A DNA stretch of 64,000 nt, from positions 48,112,001-48,176,000 of the forward strand of contig OZ024742.1 of the NCBI GenBank assembly GCA_964016885.1, in the 5' to 3' direction. Position numbers and translations under genes: made by a program. Within the stretch, counting starts at the first letter, position 1; the number at the start of each line of letters is the position of its first letter. Shown one piece after another: positions 12,272-26,559 of this stretch. The notes below the pieces were generated by a model. The model searched no databases. It was not told the DNA's origin and saw nothing but the letters and a program-made list of their open reading frames with translations. The DNA comes from Eledone cirrhosa. Lineage: Eukaryota.

Positions 12272-13818
12272 CTACATTTTAAATTTAAATTTATATTTAA
12301 AAGTTGAGTTTAATCTATGTTTGCAGCAACTGAATAAATTTGTCCGTAGATTAAGGGAATTTTTAGATTTTAGTATAAAGAATATCTCCTCTGCGCAGAG
12401 GTCACATGTCTCAGAGGATGAATTAAAAGGAATCCCTCTTGAGACTATATTCCAAGCCGTCGAATATCTAACGTTATCTAGCTTAAGTTGCCAGAGTACG
12501 CCTGATAGTGCCGTTGAAGATTTTTGCTTGGATCTGTGAAAGAATTCTTGTGGTTATTATAGCGAAGTTTAAATTCCGTCGATGTGGAACCGACGTAGTT
12601 AAAAGAATTAGAGTCAGTTTTAACATTACAATTGTATATTATATTTTTAACTAAGCAGTTGTTATTTAACGGACATTTAGATCTATCCCTACAGTTACAT
12701 TTGTTAACTTGTATATTATTTATGCTATTATCATTAGGTTTTAAGTTCCTATTATTTATTCTATTAATATTTTGTGCTAAATTTTTGGTGGATGAGTAGG
12801 TTAATTTTATAGTATGTCTATTGAAAATTGAGTGATACCTATGTGTTCTAGGGAAGCGATTATCAAGAGCTTTAAAAAATACTTTAGCGATGTGGGTTTT
12901 AATGTTTAATGAGAAAGGGGGGCAAACCAAATTATGTTCCTAGTTCTATTTCTTTTTTGGCCTTTGGAATTATTGTAATGCTTTCTATTATAGTTGTTAA
13001 GGTTGTTGCCGTAATTAAAATAGTTGTTATTTTGTTTAGTTTGTCTATCATTGTCTATGTACATAATCTTATCAGTATATCCTGCTCTAGCTAACGCTTC
13101 ATTGTAGTACTGGGCTTTTTCGTCGAAAATCTTTCTATTAGACGAGATTCTAGAGATACGTTATTGAACAGAGTTTACTATAGTGTTTTTGACAGATCTG
13201 GGGTGGTTAGAGTTAAAGCTGACATAGTTTAAGTTTTCATTCAACTTGTGAGAAGGATAGTGAAGACATGTGTTGAGATTTAATGTTATATCTAGGAAAT
13301 TGACTATTCTATGGTTGTTCTCAATTTCTATTTTAAGATTAAAGAAATTAAAAAATTGTGTAATTTGTTTACATTTTCTTTTTAATTCAGAGTTATTATT
13401 ATCAATAAGTAAAAGCATGTCATCTCTATATAAACCTCCGGTAGTACCAGGTATTTTCCTATGTAGCGAATTGATTAAAAATAAGCCCACAAGGTCAGTT
13501 ACCTGAGCTGAGTCGGATGATCCCATAGTAATGTCAAAATTGCTATCTCTATCTGCTCTGGTCCATAGTTGGTCATTAAATTCTATCAATGTTTTCCTAG
13601 CCGATAATATAATATGCATTTCATTGCTAGTTAGGTCTGTATGTTTGAATGCGTAATTTAGTGCCTTATTTAGTAGATTAGGGGTAATAGAAGAATAATA
13701 GTTAGCAATATCAAGTTGAATAAACTTATTATTATTGTTATATTTAATTTGCTTAAACCACTCAACAACCTCTCCAGTTCCCTTCCACAAGCTCAGGTTA
13801 GATAAACAATCCAAGTTC
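12272..13818 (-). pseudogene. PLE RT + GIY-YIG ORF remnant (Hydra-clade-like)
   Basis: FIQLDIANYYSSI, FDITMGSSDSAQVTDLVG, GLYRDDML, NFLDITLNL, CNCRDRSKCPL (CxCx5C), YVGSTSTEFKLRYNNH. Confidence 0.92.
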
Positions 13819-14835
13819 TTGAAGGGTTGATCTTTGTGGTTTATTTTTATTATTTTATTATTATTGTAGTATTTTCTAATATTTTTATTTTTAATATGTA
13901 ATATTTTTAATATGTAATATTTTTTTCGTAATATTTTTTATATTTTTTAGTTTTCTATTTTATTATTATTTATTATTATTATTATTGTTGTTTTTTGGTT
14001 TTCTTTTTGATATATTTTTTTATTAAAGTATTGAAATCTGCTCTCTATTTCTGCTTGATAGATAATCATGTAGAGTAAAGACAAGAATAGTAGTAATATA
14101 GACTCTATATATATATGTGTATATATATACACATATAAGTATACTTAAATTTTTATAGCACAATGAGAATGTTTTCGTGTGAACTTAGGGTTTGCAGAGT
14201 TGATCATGTAAATTCACATCGATGTTTGTAGTTATCATATAAACATATGAATTTTAAAACTAAACATAAGATCATTACTTTTCACACATTATGGGTACGT
14301 GTCTCATTCAGGAATACTGTTATTTACAATATAATGCCTGATTTTTATACATACTAATACTTCTACATTAAAACATAGGGTTTTTATGCCTCGCCTATGT
14401 CTGGTTACTTTTCATTTTTCTCCCTATATAACAGATGGTTTCTCTCCTAACCACATATATCTCCCTTACATTAATACTAGAGCTAAATAAATATATAAAT
14501 AAATAAATGTATCATTGATACGTTTACTCAACGGATGTACAACTACCTATTTTTCTATATATATATCTATCTCTATCTATTTCCTCTCTCTATATATATC
14601 TGTCTCTGTTTCTTTACATGAAGTTCTTCTCTTTATCTATCTTTCCATCTCTCTATTTTGTTCCATGCATTTCTTCTTTTTTTTTCTTCTTTTTCTTCGT
14701 TTTCTGTCTTTCTTTCTTTTTTCTCTCTTTCTTTCTTTCTGTTTACAATTTTTTCACTGCCAATTCAACTTTTCAAATACAAGTCGATGTTGTACGGTAT
14801 GTCAAATCTATTTATCTATAAAACTGTCTATATTG

Positions 14836-14901
14836 TATTTTGTCTGAGGAAGGCATAGCATATTGTTAATATGATATCCCTGAAATATATATAATGAAAT
14901 A
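14836..14901 (+). ncRNA. Type I hammerhead ribozyme, family A
   Basis: TATTTTGT CTGAGGA..GAAA TATATA TA ATGAAATA. Confidence 0.75.
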
Positions 14902-14975
14902 AATATGGTTTTATAAATATAGTTTCCATTTATTTAATATCGTATATATATATATATATATATTATATTATATTT

Positions 14976-15058
<83 letters not shown>

Positions 15059-15839
15059 AGTGTGAGTGTGTGTGTGTGTGTGTGTGCGTGTGTGTGTGTG
15101 TGTGCCAATAACCTTCATAAATTAATAATATATATCATATTACGAGATCAATTTTTTTATTTACCACCTTCTTTACAAACCAGATTAGTTTATAACCTTT
15201 AATTCTTTATTTTCTTCCAAGCGATATTTTCAGTTAGCATATGTCAGACACGGATTGGTTTGTTATGGTTGTTCTGTTGCTTTACTCGTTAGTCATGAAA
15301 TTCACATAAAATCGTGCGTCTGTAAATGAACTATGCATTATTATTTAACAGTTCTTCATCTACTTAATATCATGTATATAACACATGAAACACTGAGATA
15401 ACAACTTCTTGAATCGCGTACGAATAAGCATCTATTGCCTCTACATATAGATGAAATTGTTTATCGTATATGGTGATGTTTAACTGTAAATATATTCTGT
15501 TAGATATTTTGGAAAATATCGAGATTTATCGTGACGTTATTATTCATGTATCAATAGGATATAATATTGTGTATTTTGTATGTGTCTAAGTGCAAATTAG
15601 TGTGAGTATAAATATGTCTGTACCTGTGTTGTGAATGAGTGAGTCTTTTTCATAGTGAATTATCTTAATACTTAGATTTATATCTCATTAATCTTCAGAT
15701 CAGAGGTGGATAGATTGTAGTCTAGACATCTGACTAGGAATCTTCTCTTCATTAAATAATAAGTCACGCTAAAGAAATACAATAAAATGTTGAGTTTAAA
15801 ATGACACACAATCTAACCTCTCTCCATTTCTTTCACTGC

Positions 15840-15901
<62 letters not shown>

Positions 15902-15906
15902 ATGGA

Positions 15907-16008
<102 letters not shown>

Positions 16009-16033
16009 CATACACTCACATACATAGGTGTGA

Positions 16034-16064
<31 letters not shown>

Positions 16065-16703
16065 CTATATATACGTGTCTGTGTGTGTCTGTGTGTGTCC
16101 TACAAAGCCTATACTAATGAATACTAAAGTAAACCATCTAAATCCCAATTCCCTTACTAATGTCAGACGTCTTAATCTCTTGATCTAATATGGTTTCCTT
16201 AGACATTTCCAGTAATCTGTTACACAGTCTTGATATCATCTAAGATTCGAGCAAATATAATCGTTTTGATTAGTTTCTAAGCATCAAGGTTGTTCAATTT
16301 AAGTTGCATCAGAATATTATTCACACATTTGAGATATTTATGATGCTATACATATAAATTTGATAGACCATATAAAAGAACACCGTCCTTCTAATTTTCG
16401 GATATATAGACACAAATATTCCACAAAGGGAGAACTACAGATTTGGTTTGGAACAGTCGTAGAAACAAGCCACAAATAAAACGTTTTCTGCTCCTTCTAA
16501 TTGCATATTATATACCCAATTCTAGATATTCGTACAAGCTGTAATCCCTTCAACCCATCAAACACAGCACTCGAAAAAATCTAATAACTTTAGATAAATG
16601 AGACCTACAAGCCTGTGTTTTTTAATGATATTTTTTTAAGATGTTGACGGCTATATCACTACGGATCACCCTCCGCCACACACATATTCATACACACATA
16701 CAT

Positions 16704-16743
<40 letters not shown>

Positions 16744-16744
16744 G

Positions 16745-16868
<124 letters not shown>

Positions 16869-17359
16869 AAAAGAGAAATGTTGTCAGTCTGTATGTATGT
16901 ACGTAGTTATTTTCGTTATACATTTACAAACGAATGAAATAATCATCTAATGAATAACTAATAAATAAGCGCTCTCGAAATTAATTGATATTTCGTATAT
17001 CTAGTATTGATCATTTGTAAGAAGGAGTATTTTACACCTTGGCCAATATCATTGTAAAAGACAGAACCTGTTGGGTATTTTCTTGAAAGAGACGGAAAGA
17101 GATCACTTTAAAAAATTAGATCGGAATTGTATTTAAAATATACCTCGAAGTTTTTCACTCGTAGAGTCAATCAGTTGTTTGTTCTATTTATTGAATATTG
17201 TTTGGATACCTAAATATATATCTCTCCGCCGAAGCTGGTCTGGCTTTGCCCCGAACAAAGACATTCGTAGTGTGTGAGACTAGTTTCCAGAGAGAATAGA
17301 GTGTCACCTCCAGCTGGAATCATGTGAGACACTATGAACAGGATATAGTGAAACGTATT

Positions 17360-17399
<40 letters not shown>

Positions 17400-17404
17400 G
17401 ATAT

Positions 17405-18345
17405 AAAAGTCTTATATATTTTTATGTGGGCTGATAGTGAATGGATTAAGGAATTGCAGAAACCCAAGAAGCTAGATTTAACACCCTTCTAGCGGGTCCG
17501 GGTAAGTTTTTTTACATTCATTTAATATATTGATTTATTGATATTTTATATGAGTGACCCGAATCTTCCTGGTCGTTCTTTTTCGGCTGTACGGGTGATT
17601 TTAGGCATAATCTCTATGTGTTGGTAATTTAACGATGGTTATAGCTCTGATTTATCCAAATTATTGAGCCCTCTGCCACACATATCGGATATTGTTTATC
17701 GTTAATTCGTGAGCTGTTTTTCCGATTCTCGATTATTCTACTATATTTAGCTCTAGACCTTAGCTATTGAGCAGTTAATTTTATTGATTATTTTTTTGTC
17801 GATCTTATTGACTGATGAATAGCTCCTGTTTATTTTAACACGTCTGTTGAGCACTCTGATTCGATATGTGATATTTTGTATTCTTACATAATTTGCACAT
17901 TACCGAAATATTTCGCTAATATAGAGGTTATCTCCCTTGCTGGGTAAGGGTCCTTTCTTTATTATCGGACGGAACCCGTTGAGAAAGCTCTTCCGCGTCC
18001 AGTCCTTCTCTAAAAGTCTTATATATTTTTTATGTGGGCTGATAGTGAATGGATTAAGGAATTGCAGAAACCCAAGAAGCTAGATTTAACACCCTTCTAG
18101 CGGGTCCGGGTAAGTTTTTTACATTCATTTAATATATTGATTTTTTGATATATTATTTGTGTGACCCGAATCTTCCTGGTCGTTCTTTTTCGGCTGTAGG
18201 GGTGATTTTAGGCATAATCTCTATGTGTTGGTAATTTAACGATGGTTATAGCTCTGATTTATTCAAATTATTGTGCCCTCTGCCACACATATCGGATATT
18301 GTTTATCGTTAATTCATGAGCTGTTTTTCCGATTCTCGATTATTC

Positions 18346-18348
<3 letters not shown>
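17405..18348. repeat. Partial tandem duplication, ~607-bp unit (about 1.55 copies)
   Basis: aaaagtcttatatattttt..gctgatagtgaatgg starts at 17405 and 18012; second copy ends at (TA)n. Confidence 0.85.
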
Positions 18349-18407
<59 letters not shown>

Positions 18408-18414
18408 GTGTGTA

Positions 18415-18700
18415 TACTGGTAGCTATGGTGCTTCCATAGGCTGCTATACTAAAATTAGCACTCAATATTCTTACAGAGCATAGTGTGAATAGTATAAAA
18501 AGCAAAAAATCAGTGATGCATCTGGACTTAGTTTATTGCGTGTTACAATTGTTTCCCCGGCAGGTAGTTTGAGACATGTTCACTGTATGGATCTCGCTGA
18601 TTCTACGGCTCCCGGTTCCTTCGGACACATGCAATTCTTTCCGAGAAAATTTTCTCACTGGGGTGTTATCATTAAAAAAAACACCTTCAAAAAACAACTT
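18415..18700 (-). mobile_element. PLE pLTR and tail, family J, with hammerhead-like motif at 18539-18629
   Basis: Reverse complement aligns to 50835-51088; TGTGT CCGAAGGA..GAAA CAATTG TA ACACG. Confidence 0.7.
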
Positions 18701-19299
18701 CCACTCTTGTCATGCCATTGGCTGTTGTTTTTCTACGTCTTCATAAATTTTGGTCACTATTTACTGCTACACTGGTCAACAGACATTTTCCGTCCGACAC
18801 ACTCAATGGAGCCATGCTGGGTTTGGTATTTCACACGTCTGTTCACACTCCCGAGAATGTACCCACATATACACACCCACACACAAATTCGCACAGACAC
18901 ATACACACACAGATACAGACCTGTACATATATCTACACACATGTACATTTACCCGCATCTAAACATATAGCAAATACCCTGTCCAGTGTGGGTGTACGTA
19001 GGCACCCACACAAACTCACACCCACTGACAGATACACACACCATGTATATATATGTGTGTGTACATAGACACACACGCATACACACGCATAAAGACACAC
19101 ACACATACACATATACATATATGTATACACATACATATAGATATACATATATAGATATACATATTTATACACGCATACACATACATACTTATACACACAT
19201 ATGTCTATATGTGTACACACACACACATACATACACATAGACACACACTTACGCACACACATATACCTACGCGTATCCATAAATATATATATATATATA

Positions 19300-20005
19300 T
19301 AACCTACCCTTTTAAGAAAACCCACTGTACCAATAGGAAATGTATCATATGTAAGGTGAACCCCCGGATAAACTGTAAAACTAGAAACGTAGTCTAGAGC
19401 ATAAGATGTACAGAGGGTACTTGCAGAAACATGACAACAACATACATAGGTGAGACAGCTCGTAGCATAGGTGAAAGGATAGACCAACACTGGGGAGAAC
19501 AAAAAGGACGAAAAAACGGGACAGTACTGTACGAACATGCTATACAACAATATGACGGTAACATAGACAACATAGGAATTAGAATAATATCTAAACATAG
19601 AAATGACCCAGCAGATAGGCAAATCAGAGAGGCCAGTGAAATAGAAATTAGAAGAACAAGGCTAAACAGAAAGAATGAATGGAATAACAACAACACCCAA
19701 ACAAACAACACTGACCTAAGAGAAGTATAAATAAATAAATAAAATAAAATAAATAAATAAATAAATACATACACGAGCACAATAACAACAATCACATAAA
19801 CACACACTAGTCACCCATCACACAGCAAACAAAACACTATACACACACTTAAACGCATGCGCAAAGACGACAAAATAAAATAAACAAACAAGCAAATAAA
19901 TAAATAAATATATAGACAGACTGAATAAAAATGGCGTAGACATACAATACAACAGGAGGAAAATATAACACCACTGACGATGTTGCAGATGTGCAACGAA
20001 AGAAA
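19300..20005 (+). mobile_element. PLE 3' fragment: GIY-YIG, 3' UTR, truncated hammerhead
   Basis: CTNRKCIIC..CKTRNVV*SIRC..C..YIGETARSIGERIDQH..RQIREA..LNRKNEW; CTGACGA t gttgca gatg tgcaac GAAA at 19974-20001. Confidence 0.85.
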
Positions 20006-20468
20006 AAAACAATTTTTTATTCACATGACCTCTACCGACCAATCAAAATTGTTTTGACCACAAGAATTTTTGCTGGAGCCACTTTTTTAACATAAAAACA
20101 GTCTTGGCGCAAAATCAATTTTTTACATTCACATGACCTCTACCGACCAATGAAAATTGTTTTGACCACAAGAATTTTTACAAATTGGAGACACTTTTTT
20201 AACATAAAAACAGGTAGAATTCCCAAAACTAATCAGATCAGAGCAAACAGCACGGACACTCTATCTCAAAATTATTTTTGAAAAGCATTTAGAAATGCGC
20301 AACCGGTAAAAACATAAAAACTTAAAACCACAACTGAATACTAACCTATACAATCACTAATACTCTTTTATTCCTAATTAAACCATTTTTCAACTGTGAA
20401 CAATTTGTCAGCATTTTCTATTCCGTTTACCAATATATAATAACTTGTGTGTTACACCTCTATTCTTT

Positions 20469-20513
<45 letters not shown>

Positions 20514-20572
20514 ATATATATATTTATTTATATATATATATTTATTAATACACGGACACATGCGCGAATATA

Positions 20573-20624
<52 letters not shown>

Positions 20625-20625
<1 letters not shown>

Positions 20626-20813
20626 CGAAGGAAATGTGGTAAGGAACCAGATGGACCATAACGCACGAAGGTACTCAATACCTAGGGTAGTTGAGTGGGT
20701 AATAGGAACTAGTATGACCCCGACGCCAGAGCTCAAAACATTTCGACGACTATGTAGAGAAACAGCCGTCGAAACGGCTTAAGCTCTGCCGTTGGGGTCA
20801 TACTTGGTCCTAT
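20625..20813. mobile_element. Short fold-back element with tail on the minus arm
   Basis: Arms 20702-20755 / 20760-20813; minus-strand tail cACTC aactaccctaggtatt GAGTacc; (TA)n both sides. Confidence 0.6.
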
Positions 20814-20893
20814 ATATATATATATATATATATATATGTAAGTATGTATGTATACGTACATACATATATATATACAGACGTACAGTAGCATGC

Positions 20894-20924
<31 letters not shown>

Positions 20925-21095
20925 TATACACATATGCATACAGGTACACATACACATATGCACGCATCAGTTTAGCCGACGTTTATTATAACGCCTGCTT
21001 TGTTCGTTTGTTTGTCAACAAATCGAGCAGCCTGAATTTATGCCATACGGTGTTAAGGCAACCACGTCACCTTTTTGTTCAACACTGACACAGGA

Positions 21096-21138
21096 ACGAT
21101 GTACTAGTTTCAAGCTTGTTAGCTATCATCAGCACCGT
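21096..21138 (-). ncRNA. Minimal type I hammerhead ribozyme, family C
   Basis: ACGGTG CTGATGA t AGCT aaca AGCT t GAAA CTAG TA CATCGT. Confidence 0.85.
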
Positions 21139-21375
21139 TTACCCATCTGCCAGATAGTTGAACGTTCGAAAGTATATACTTTCCTTATGAAAATTAACGG
21201 CTGAGCAGCCTAATTTGCATATTGAGTGAGTTAAATCGGTCAGGCATACCGAAAACGATAAGTTGAAAAAAAATGAAAACGAAATTTCATTTCTCACTCT
21301 TAGTATGGCACTTACTTAAATGTAAGTATGTATGTATACGTACATACATATATATATACAGACGTACAGTAGCAT

Positions 21376-21462
<87 letters not shown>

Positions 21463-21633
21463 TATACACATATGCATACAGGTACGCACACATATATGCA
21501 CGCATCAGTTTAGCCGACGTTTATTATAACGCCTGCTTTGTTCGTTTGTTTGTCAACAAATCGAACAGCCTGAATTTATGCCATTCGGTGTTAAGGCAAC
21601 CACGTCACCTTTTTGTTCAACACTGACACAGGA

Positions 21634-21676
21634 ACGATGTACTAGTTTCAAGCTTGTTAGCTATCATCAGCACCGT
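21634..21676 (-). ncRNA. Minimal type I hammerhead ribozyme, family C
   Basis: Identical motif one unit (538 bp) away. Confidence 0.85.
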
Positions 21677-21850
21677 TTACCCATCTGCCAGATAGTTGAA
21701 CGTTCGAAAGTGGTTGCCTTAACACCGTATGGCATAAATTCAGGCTGTTCGATTTGTTGACAAACAAACGAACAAAGCAGGCGTTATAATAAACGTCGGC
21801 TAAACTGATGCGTGCATATATGTATGTGTACCTGTATGCATATGTGTATA

Positions 21851-21950
<100 letters not shown>

Positions 21951-22186
21951 TGCTACTGTACGTCTGTATATATATATGTATGTACGTATACATACATACT
22001 TACATTTAAGTAAGTGCCATACTAAGAGTGAGAAATGAAATTTCGTTTTCATTTTCTTTCAACTTATCGTTTTCGGTATGCCTGACCGATTTAACTCACT
22101 CAATATGCAAATTAGGCTGCTCAGCCGTTAATTTTCATAAGGAAAGTATATACTTTCGAACGTTCAACTATCTGGCAGATGGGTAA

Positions 22187-22229
22187 ACGGTGCTGATGAT
22201 AGCTAACCAGCTTGAAACTAGTACATCGT
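22187..22229 (+). ncRNA. Minimal type I hammerhead ribozyme, family C
   Basis: ACGGTG CTGATGA TAGCTAACCAGCTT GAAA CTAG TA CATCGT; GUA cleavage after 22223. Confidence 0.85.
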
Positions 22230-22567
22230 TCCTGTGTCAGTGTTGAACAAAAAGGTGACGTGGTTGCCTTAACACCGTATGGCATAAATTCAGGCTGTTC
22301 GATTTGTTGACAAACAAACGAACAAAGCAGGCGTTATAATAAACGTCGGCTAAACTGATGCGTGCATATATGTATGTGTACCTGTATGCATATTTGTATA
22401 TATATGTATATATATATATATATATATATGGATGCTACTGTACGTCTGTATATATATATGTATGTACGTATACATACATACTTACATTTAAGTAAGTGCC
22501 ATACTAAGAGTGAGAAATGAAATTTCGTTTTCATTTTTTTTCATCTTATATATATATATATATATAT

Positions 22568-22914
22568 AAAATAAAGTAAAATATGTAAGTCAAATGTTTC
22601 AAATTTAATCATATGATTCCAGTTCCTCAGTGAAATAACAACGCAACCAGGAACAGGGCATATCAGAGTATTGACACCTCAACAACATATGTACTTGTCT
22701 ATACCCCGCTAATTCGGACTGCCTGAAGAGGTCACAGCCAAAGATGGCTGTCTCCGAAATATATATAGCAGTAATAAACGAAGCTAAATTTTAAACATTG
22801 ACTTATTTATTTTACTTTATTTTACATTACTCCGGAGTAACCAAACCAACCTGCGCAGTTCGTCGAGTGCTCCAGCCTGCATATTAGGTGTTGGTATACA
22901 ACCAACATATACTC

Positions 22915-22920
<6 letters not shown>
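22568..22920 (+). mobile_element. Short PLE pLTR insertion, family B, with ~32-bp inverted 5' arm and tail
   Basis: Homologous to 34085-34407; 22568-22600 is inverted relative to 22793-22823. Confidence 0.8.
22718..22772 (+). ncRNA. Type I hammerhead ribozyme, family B
   Basis: ACTGC CTGAAGA GGTCACAGCCA aaga TGGCTGTCTCC GAAA TATATA TA GCAGT. Confidence 0.85.
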
Positions 22921-22985
<65 letters not shown>

Positions 22986-23002
22986 ATAATAATAATAATA
23001 AT

Positions 23003-23040
<38 letters not shown>

Positions 23041-23069
23041 TAGATAGATAGATAGATAGATAGATATAC

Positions 23070-23108
<39 letters not shown>

Positions 23109-23207
23109 GATATATACATATATAGATATATATTTATATATTTATATATATATTTATATATATATTTACATATATATATATATACATAGACACACAGACA
23201 CACACTT

Positions 23208-23274
<67 letters not shown>

Positions 23275-23310
23275 CATATTTATATATATATATATTTATA
23301 TATATATACT

Positions 23311-23340
<30 letters not shown>

Positions 23341-23341
<1 letters not shown>

Positions 23342-23693
23342 TGATTCAAAATATTAACAAAAATAGACATTCGTGTGATCAAGTATATTTTATTATACAT
23401 ATTTCAGAGGTACTAAGCTATCTTCAACAGTCATGACTGAATCTTAACCATCTACTATGTCAGGGTATGTCGTGCATCATCTTATTTTATCTGAAGAGGG
23501 CGTACTGTTGAAGATAGCTCAGTACCTCTGAAATATGTATAATAAAATATACTTGATCACACGAATGTCTATTTTTGTTAATATTTTGAATTAATAATAA
23601 TAAATCCGGAAAACCATGACAGTGGAGTGCTTCCAATCTATTGTAAAACTCATTCTTTGATTTATTCATTGAGCTTGTTTAACCTTTAATTAC
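23341..23693 (+). mobile_element. Fold-back element, family D
   Basis: Arms 23344-23431 / 23505-23592, then a ~100-nt tail; (TA)n flanks. Confidence 0.75.
23483..23549 (+). ncRNA. Type I hammerhead ribozyme, family D
   Basis: TATTTTAT CTGAAGA [gggcgtactg..cagtacctct] GAAA TATGTA TA ATAAAATA. Confidence 0.8.
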
Positions 23694-23745
23694 ATATATA
23701 TATATATAAATATATATATACATATATACTCACACACACATATAT

Positions 23746-23857
<112 letters not shown>

Positions 23858-23892
23858 ATATATATATATATTTATATATATATTTATAGATA

Positions 23893-23937
<45 letters not shown>

Positions 23938-23972
23938 ATATATTTATATATATATGTATATATATATATATT

Positions 23973-24005
<33 letters not shown>

Positions 24006-24025
24006 ATATATATATATATTTATAA

Positions 24026-24485
24026 ATATATTGTTATACTTTGGGAGGGTCATGTTCCCAATAAAGAAACACACACACCATCTGCTTTCACTTTAATTTA
24101 TCATGAATTAAATTTATAAATTTCCGGTTGGTTGGTTGGTTGGTTCCACAACCAGACGATCGTTCATATATTGTCAAAGTTCTTTCGTGACATATTTTGC
24201 GATCTCTTCAGTGACTGGGGCCTCTTTTCTATGTTTGTGTGCCTCTCCTTTGTTCTGTCCTACGCCATTTTGTTTTTGTGTGTGTTGTGGAACCAACCAA
24301 CCATCAGGAAATTTATAAATTCTTAAATTCTTAAATTTATAAATTTAATTCATAATAAATTGAAGTGAAAGCAATGGTGCGTGTGATTTTATTGGCAACA
24401 TGACCTTGCCAAAGGATAACAATATCGGTTTCAACACACGTTTTCAGATAAAGAATCTTGCTAAACGAATTCAGAAACGAAATGT
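24026..24485. repeat. Fold-back element with ~125-bp diverged arms and a one-sided extension
   Basis: 24026-24151 inverted against 24283-24425; flanked by (TA)n. Confidence 0.65.
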
Positions 24486-24496
24486 ATAAATATATT

Positions 24497-24528
<32 letters not shown>

Positions 24529-24591
24529 AATACACATATATATATATACACACACACACACATATATATATACACACACATATATATATTC

Positions 24592-25055
<464 letters not shown>

Positions 25056-25066
25056 ATATATATATA

Positions 25067-25097
<31 letters not shown>

Positions 25098-25449
25098 GTA
25101 TTATTTGCTACAGCAATGAAGCCTTGTTTTATATTGGGGAACATTTTTGTTTTGATTATACTATTTCTATCCGTAACTGGCCACTTTTAAAATAAGTTTA
25201 TATCCCCAAAACTGTCAGCACAAACTGGATTTATTTTGCAATAATTTTTAAAGGAAATATTCGAGTCTATATGTCTGAATTTTATTTGTGTTACTTCACA
25301 ACTGAGACATAGTTTATAGACAGAGTGGCAACACTTCAGAAAGAATGATGCTATTCGGAATAAATAATGAGTACTGAGGATCTGTCGCAAAACGGAATAT
25401 AAAAGATTCGGCAGTTAGTATCAGTAGGTAGTATCAGTAGAATTTACCG

Positions 25450-25499
<50 letters not shown>

Positions 25500-25518
25500 C
25501 TCTCTCTCTCTCTCTCTC

Positions 25519-25558
<40 letters not shown>

Positions 25559-25618
25559 ACACACTCTCTCTATCTCTATCCTTCTCTCTCACATACACAC
25601 ACATTCTCTCTATCTCAG

Positions 25619-25705
<87 letters not shown>

Positions 25706-25752
25706 CAGTACCTGTGTATCTATATATTTCTGATTCTATTCATTCGCTTTCT

Positions 25753-25787
<35 letters not shown>

Positions 25788-26559
25788 GCACACGCACAAG
25801 CACGCTCACACTCTCGCGCGCACACATATATAAACCTATATGCATATCTTTTGATACGCATAGAAATACGAGGCTTAGAAAAGACTAAGGGCAGTTTACT
25901 ACATATTAATTTTAGTATTTCGTTTATTTTTAGAATTATAGAATACATAATATTACACATTGGATCGGAATATTCGAAACAAAAATAAAGATACAATATA
26001 ATTATAGTTTGATTTCATAATCATTCTGCAATACACAAAAGACACACATACGTCATCGCGCTATCAAGTAAAAATAAATTATCTTATCCTTGTCGCGTGA
26101 ATGCAATTACCATATGTAAAAGAGGAATCAATGAAATAGCAAGAAGACCTTCATGAATGATGCAGTAAAATTGTAAAATGAATTATACAATCTTTACATA
26201 TAGTTTTCTTTCACTTAAATCAACGTGTCTCATTTCACGTTCTCCGTTTGATATTAACGACTTCTTTAACAGGAAAATCAATTGCATTGGGAATTTCCAT
26301 AACATCGCTCTCATGGAAGAAAAGAAATAACATAAATGGACATTATAATAGTTAAGGAGAGGCGTTTAGTGAAGAGTTATAAGGTTGCATGTACATGTTT
26401 ACTAATACAGATATATATCTATATCTACGTAAGAATATTCACACACATACACATACACACAGACACATACACACAAGCACACACACACATACACCCACAC
26501 ACCCACACGCACACGCATATATATATATATATATATATTTGTCATTAAGTTGCTGTTCA

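Larger units (their letters stand above)
10729..14944 (-). mobile_element. 5'-truncated PLE, family A copy 2, with 5' inverted pLTR
   Basis: 3' UTR and tail 10729-12270; ORF remnant 12272-13818; inverted tail-less UTR copy 13819-14944. Confidence 0.9.

Noticed and set aside
20017-20212. ~109-bp tandem duplication with CCAAT boxes as a promoter or CRISPR-like array
   Set aside because: Two units only, no spacers and no adjacent gene; simple local repeat in eukaryotic DNA
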